From: Thermoproteus tenax Kra 1
Lineage (GTDB): Archaea; Thermoproteota; Thermoprotei; Thermoproteales; Thermoproteaceae
Assembly: GCF_000253055.1 (NCBI RefSeq)
Contig: NC_016070.1
Span: 30,001 to 62,000, forward strand
DNA length: 32,000 nt
Direction of reading: 5' to 3'
The translations under genes were made by a program, and so were the position numbers. Below, one piece after another: positions 30,767-32,000 of the stretch. The notes under the pieces are model-generated. The model had not been told where the DNA came from, ran no database searches, and worked only from the letters and a program-made list of their open reading frames with translations. The number at the start of each line of letters is the position of its first letter. The stretch's first letter is position 1.

Positions 30767-31876
30767 ATGGATCCCCGCAAGCTCGCCGCAGAGTTCGACA
30801 GAAGGCCTCTGCTGGTGTTCTGGGAGTCCACTAAGGCGTGCCCGCTGGCGTGTAAACATTGTAGAGCCGACGCGATATTGAGGCCGTTGCCGGGGGAGTT
30901 GGCCACTTGGGAGGCTAAGGCGCTGTTTGAGCAGATTACTGAGTTCGGCAAGCCGTATCCAGAGGTCATAATCACGGGAGGCGACCCTCTAATGAGGATG
31001 GACCTCTTCGAGCTCCTAGATTACGCAAAGGAGCTGGGGCTGCCGGTCTCGCTCGCCCCAGCTGTCTCTAAGAACTTGTTGGACGCCGTACCCGAGCTCA
31101 GAGGGAGAATAAAGAGCGCCTCGGTGAGCCTCGATGGGCTTAAGGCGACGCACGAGGAGATCAGGGGGGTCCCCGGGATATTCGACCAGACTCTGGAGGC
31201 GATTAAGGCGCTTCTCGGCGAGGGGATAAAGGTCCAAGTAAATACATTGGTATGGCGCAAGTCTCTACAGGAGCTTCCCGACGTCCTGAAGCTCATATAT
31301 GATCTAGGCGTGAGAGTGTGGGAGGTCTTCTTCCTGATAGAGACGGGGCGCGCCGTTAAGTCCCTCGACATAACGCCGCAGGAGTACGAGGACGTTGTCC
31401 AGTTCTTGGTCGACGTCTCAAGATACGGCGTCCAAGTAAGGACCGTTGAGGCGCCCTTTTACAGGAGGGCCAAGAGGTTGAGAGCCCAGGGGATGGCGTA
31501 CAGCTCGCCCCTATACGATAGGTTAGTCTCTAGGCTAAGGGAATTGATGGGAGATCCGCAGAGGCCCTTGGACCCAGCCGTAGTGCCCACCAGGGATGGC
31601 CACGGCATTATCTTCGTCGCATACGATGGGACTGTGTTTCCCAGCGGCTTCCTCCCCTATCCCCTAGGGAACGTGAGGAGGGAGTCCCTCGTCAAGATAT
31701 ACAGAGAGCACCCGCTTTTGTTGAAGATGAGACGGGGGGAGTTCGGCGGAAGATGCGGCGTCTGTGAGTTCAGAGACATCTGCGGCGGGTCTAGGGCGAG
31801 GGCGTTCGCCGCATTTAAGGATCCCTTGGCCGAGGATCCAGCTTGTATATATATACCAAACAAAAAATCTAATTAA
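30767..31876 (+). CDS. radical SAM / SPASM-domain protein (AhbC/AhbD/NirJ-like)
   Basis: RPLLVFWESTKACPLACKHCRA contains the CxxxCxxC radical SAM cluster motif. The C-terminal GRCGVCEFRDICGGSRARA is SPASM/twitch-type. TATA GATAAATATA (30742-30751) is about 21 nt upstream of ATG 30767, which is preferred over the track's GTG 30704. Confidence 0.85.
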   Translation: MDPRKLAAEFDRRPLLVFWESTKACPLACKHCRADAILRPLPGELATWEAKALFEQITEFGKPYPEVIITGGDPLMRMDLFELLDYAKELGLPVSLAPAVSKNLLDAVPELRGRIKSASVSLDGLKATHEEIRGVPGIFDQTLEAIKALLGEGIKVQVNTLVWRKSLQELPDVLKLIYDLGVRVWEVFFLIETGRAVKSLDITPQEYEDVVQFLVDVSRYGVQVRTVEAPFYRRAKRLRAQGMAYSSPLYDRLVSRLRELMGDPQRPLDPAVVPTRDGHGIIFVAYDGTVFPSGFLPYPLGNVRRESLVKIYREHPLLLKMRRGEFGGRCGVCEFRDICGGSRARAFAAFKDPLAEDPACIYIPNKKSN

Positions 31877-32000
31877 AAGAAAAATTGAAAAATGTAAAAT
31901 AATAAATTAATTATTGATAATAAATATTTTATTAAAGAAAGAGTAATATCTATATAGGTATATTGAGTAGTTATAAATAATTGCGATATTAGATACATGG
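31877..32000. other. second long A+T-rich spacer, truncated by the window end
   Basis: More than 120 nt of almost pure A/T follow the radical SAM stop codon. The composition is similar to 11976-12140. Confidence 0.5.

Noticed and set aside
1-32000. CRISPR arrays, IS elements/transposases, integrases, partial tRNA duplications (att sites), rRNA genes
   Set aside because: I scanned by eye for regularly spaced direct repeats, DDE/Tyr-recombinase-like ORFs and duplicated tRNA 3' halves. The only shared strings are the T-arms (GGATTTGAACCCGGG-type) of the four genuine tRNA genes.

Overview
This 32-kb chromosomal segment reads like a hyperthermophilic crenarchaeon of the Thermoproteales type (Thermoproteus/Pyrobaculum-like). 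That is an inference from four things: G+C-rich coding DNA with short, very A+T-rich spacers; TATA boxes about 20-27 nt upstream of start codons, meaning mostly leaderless mRNAs; four tRNA genes without encoded CCA; and introns in three of those tRNAs, two of them at non-canonical positions.

Gene content, left to right:
- A [NiFe]-hydrogenase large subunit and its maturation endopeptidase.
- Three translationally coupled genes (two unknown, one alkaline-phosphatase-superfamily enzyme), then a PfpI/DJ-1 protein.
- On the minus strand: carB with no adjacent carA, coupled to a LysX/ArgX-type ATP-grasp ligase; tRNA-Arg; an MFS transporter; tRNA-Gly; an MBL hydrolase.
- A ~165-nt almost pure A+T tract, then a wHTH protein.
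- A five-gene Tat-exported molybdopterin oxidoreductase operon (NrfD-type anchor, ~1236-aa catalytic subunit, 4x[4Fe-4S] subunit, TorD-type chaperone, polyferredoxin). Its gene set resembles the Acidianus sulfur reductase (Sre).
- A visibly lower-G+C ABC uptake operon with a fused permease and an RNase Z-like MBL protein.
- Three orphan genes.
- A GT2 glycosyltransferase / small protein / ROK hexokinase operon.
- tRNA-Met and tRNA-Val, then a radical SAM/SPASM protein.

I saw no CRISPR array, transposase, integrase or rRNA.

The most interesting unexplained signal is the 350-bp gap between two convergent genes (20392-20742). It holds two adjacent, strand-specific three-way-junction folds (the strand is supported by G.U pairs), preceded by a TATA box. 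This is a candidate unannotated structured RNA. A second G+C-rich multi-hairpin block lies next to tRNA-Val (30244-30423).

All functional calls come from motif recognition by eye. No database search or folding program was available.
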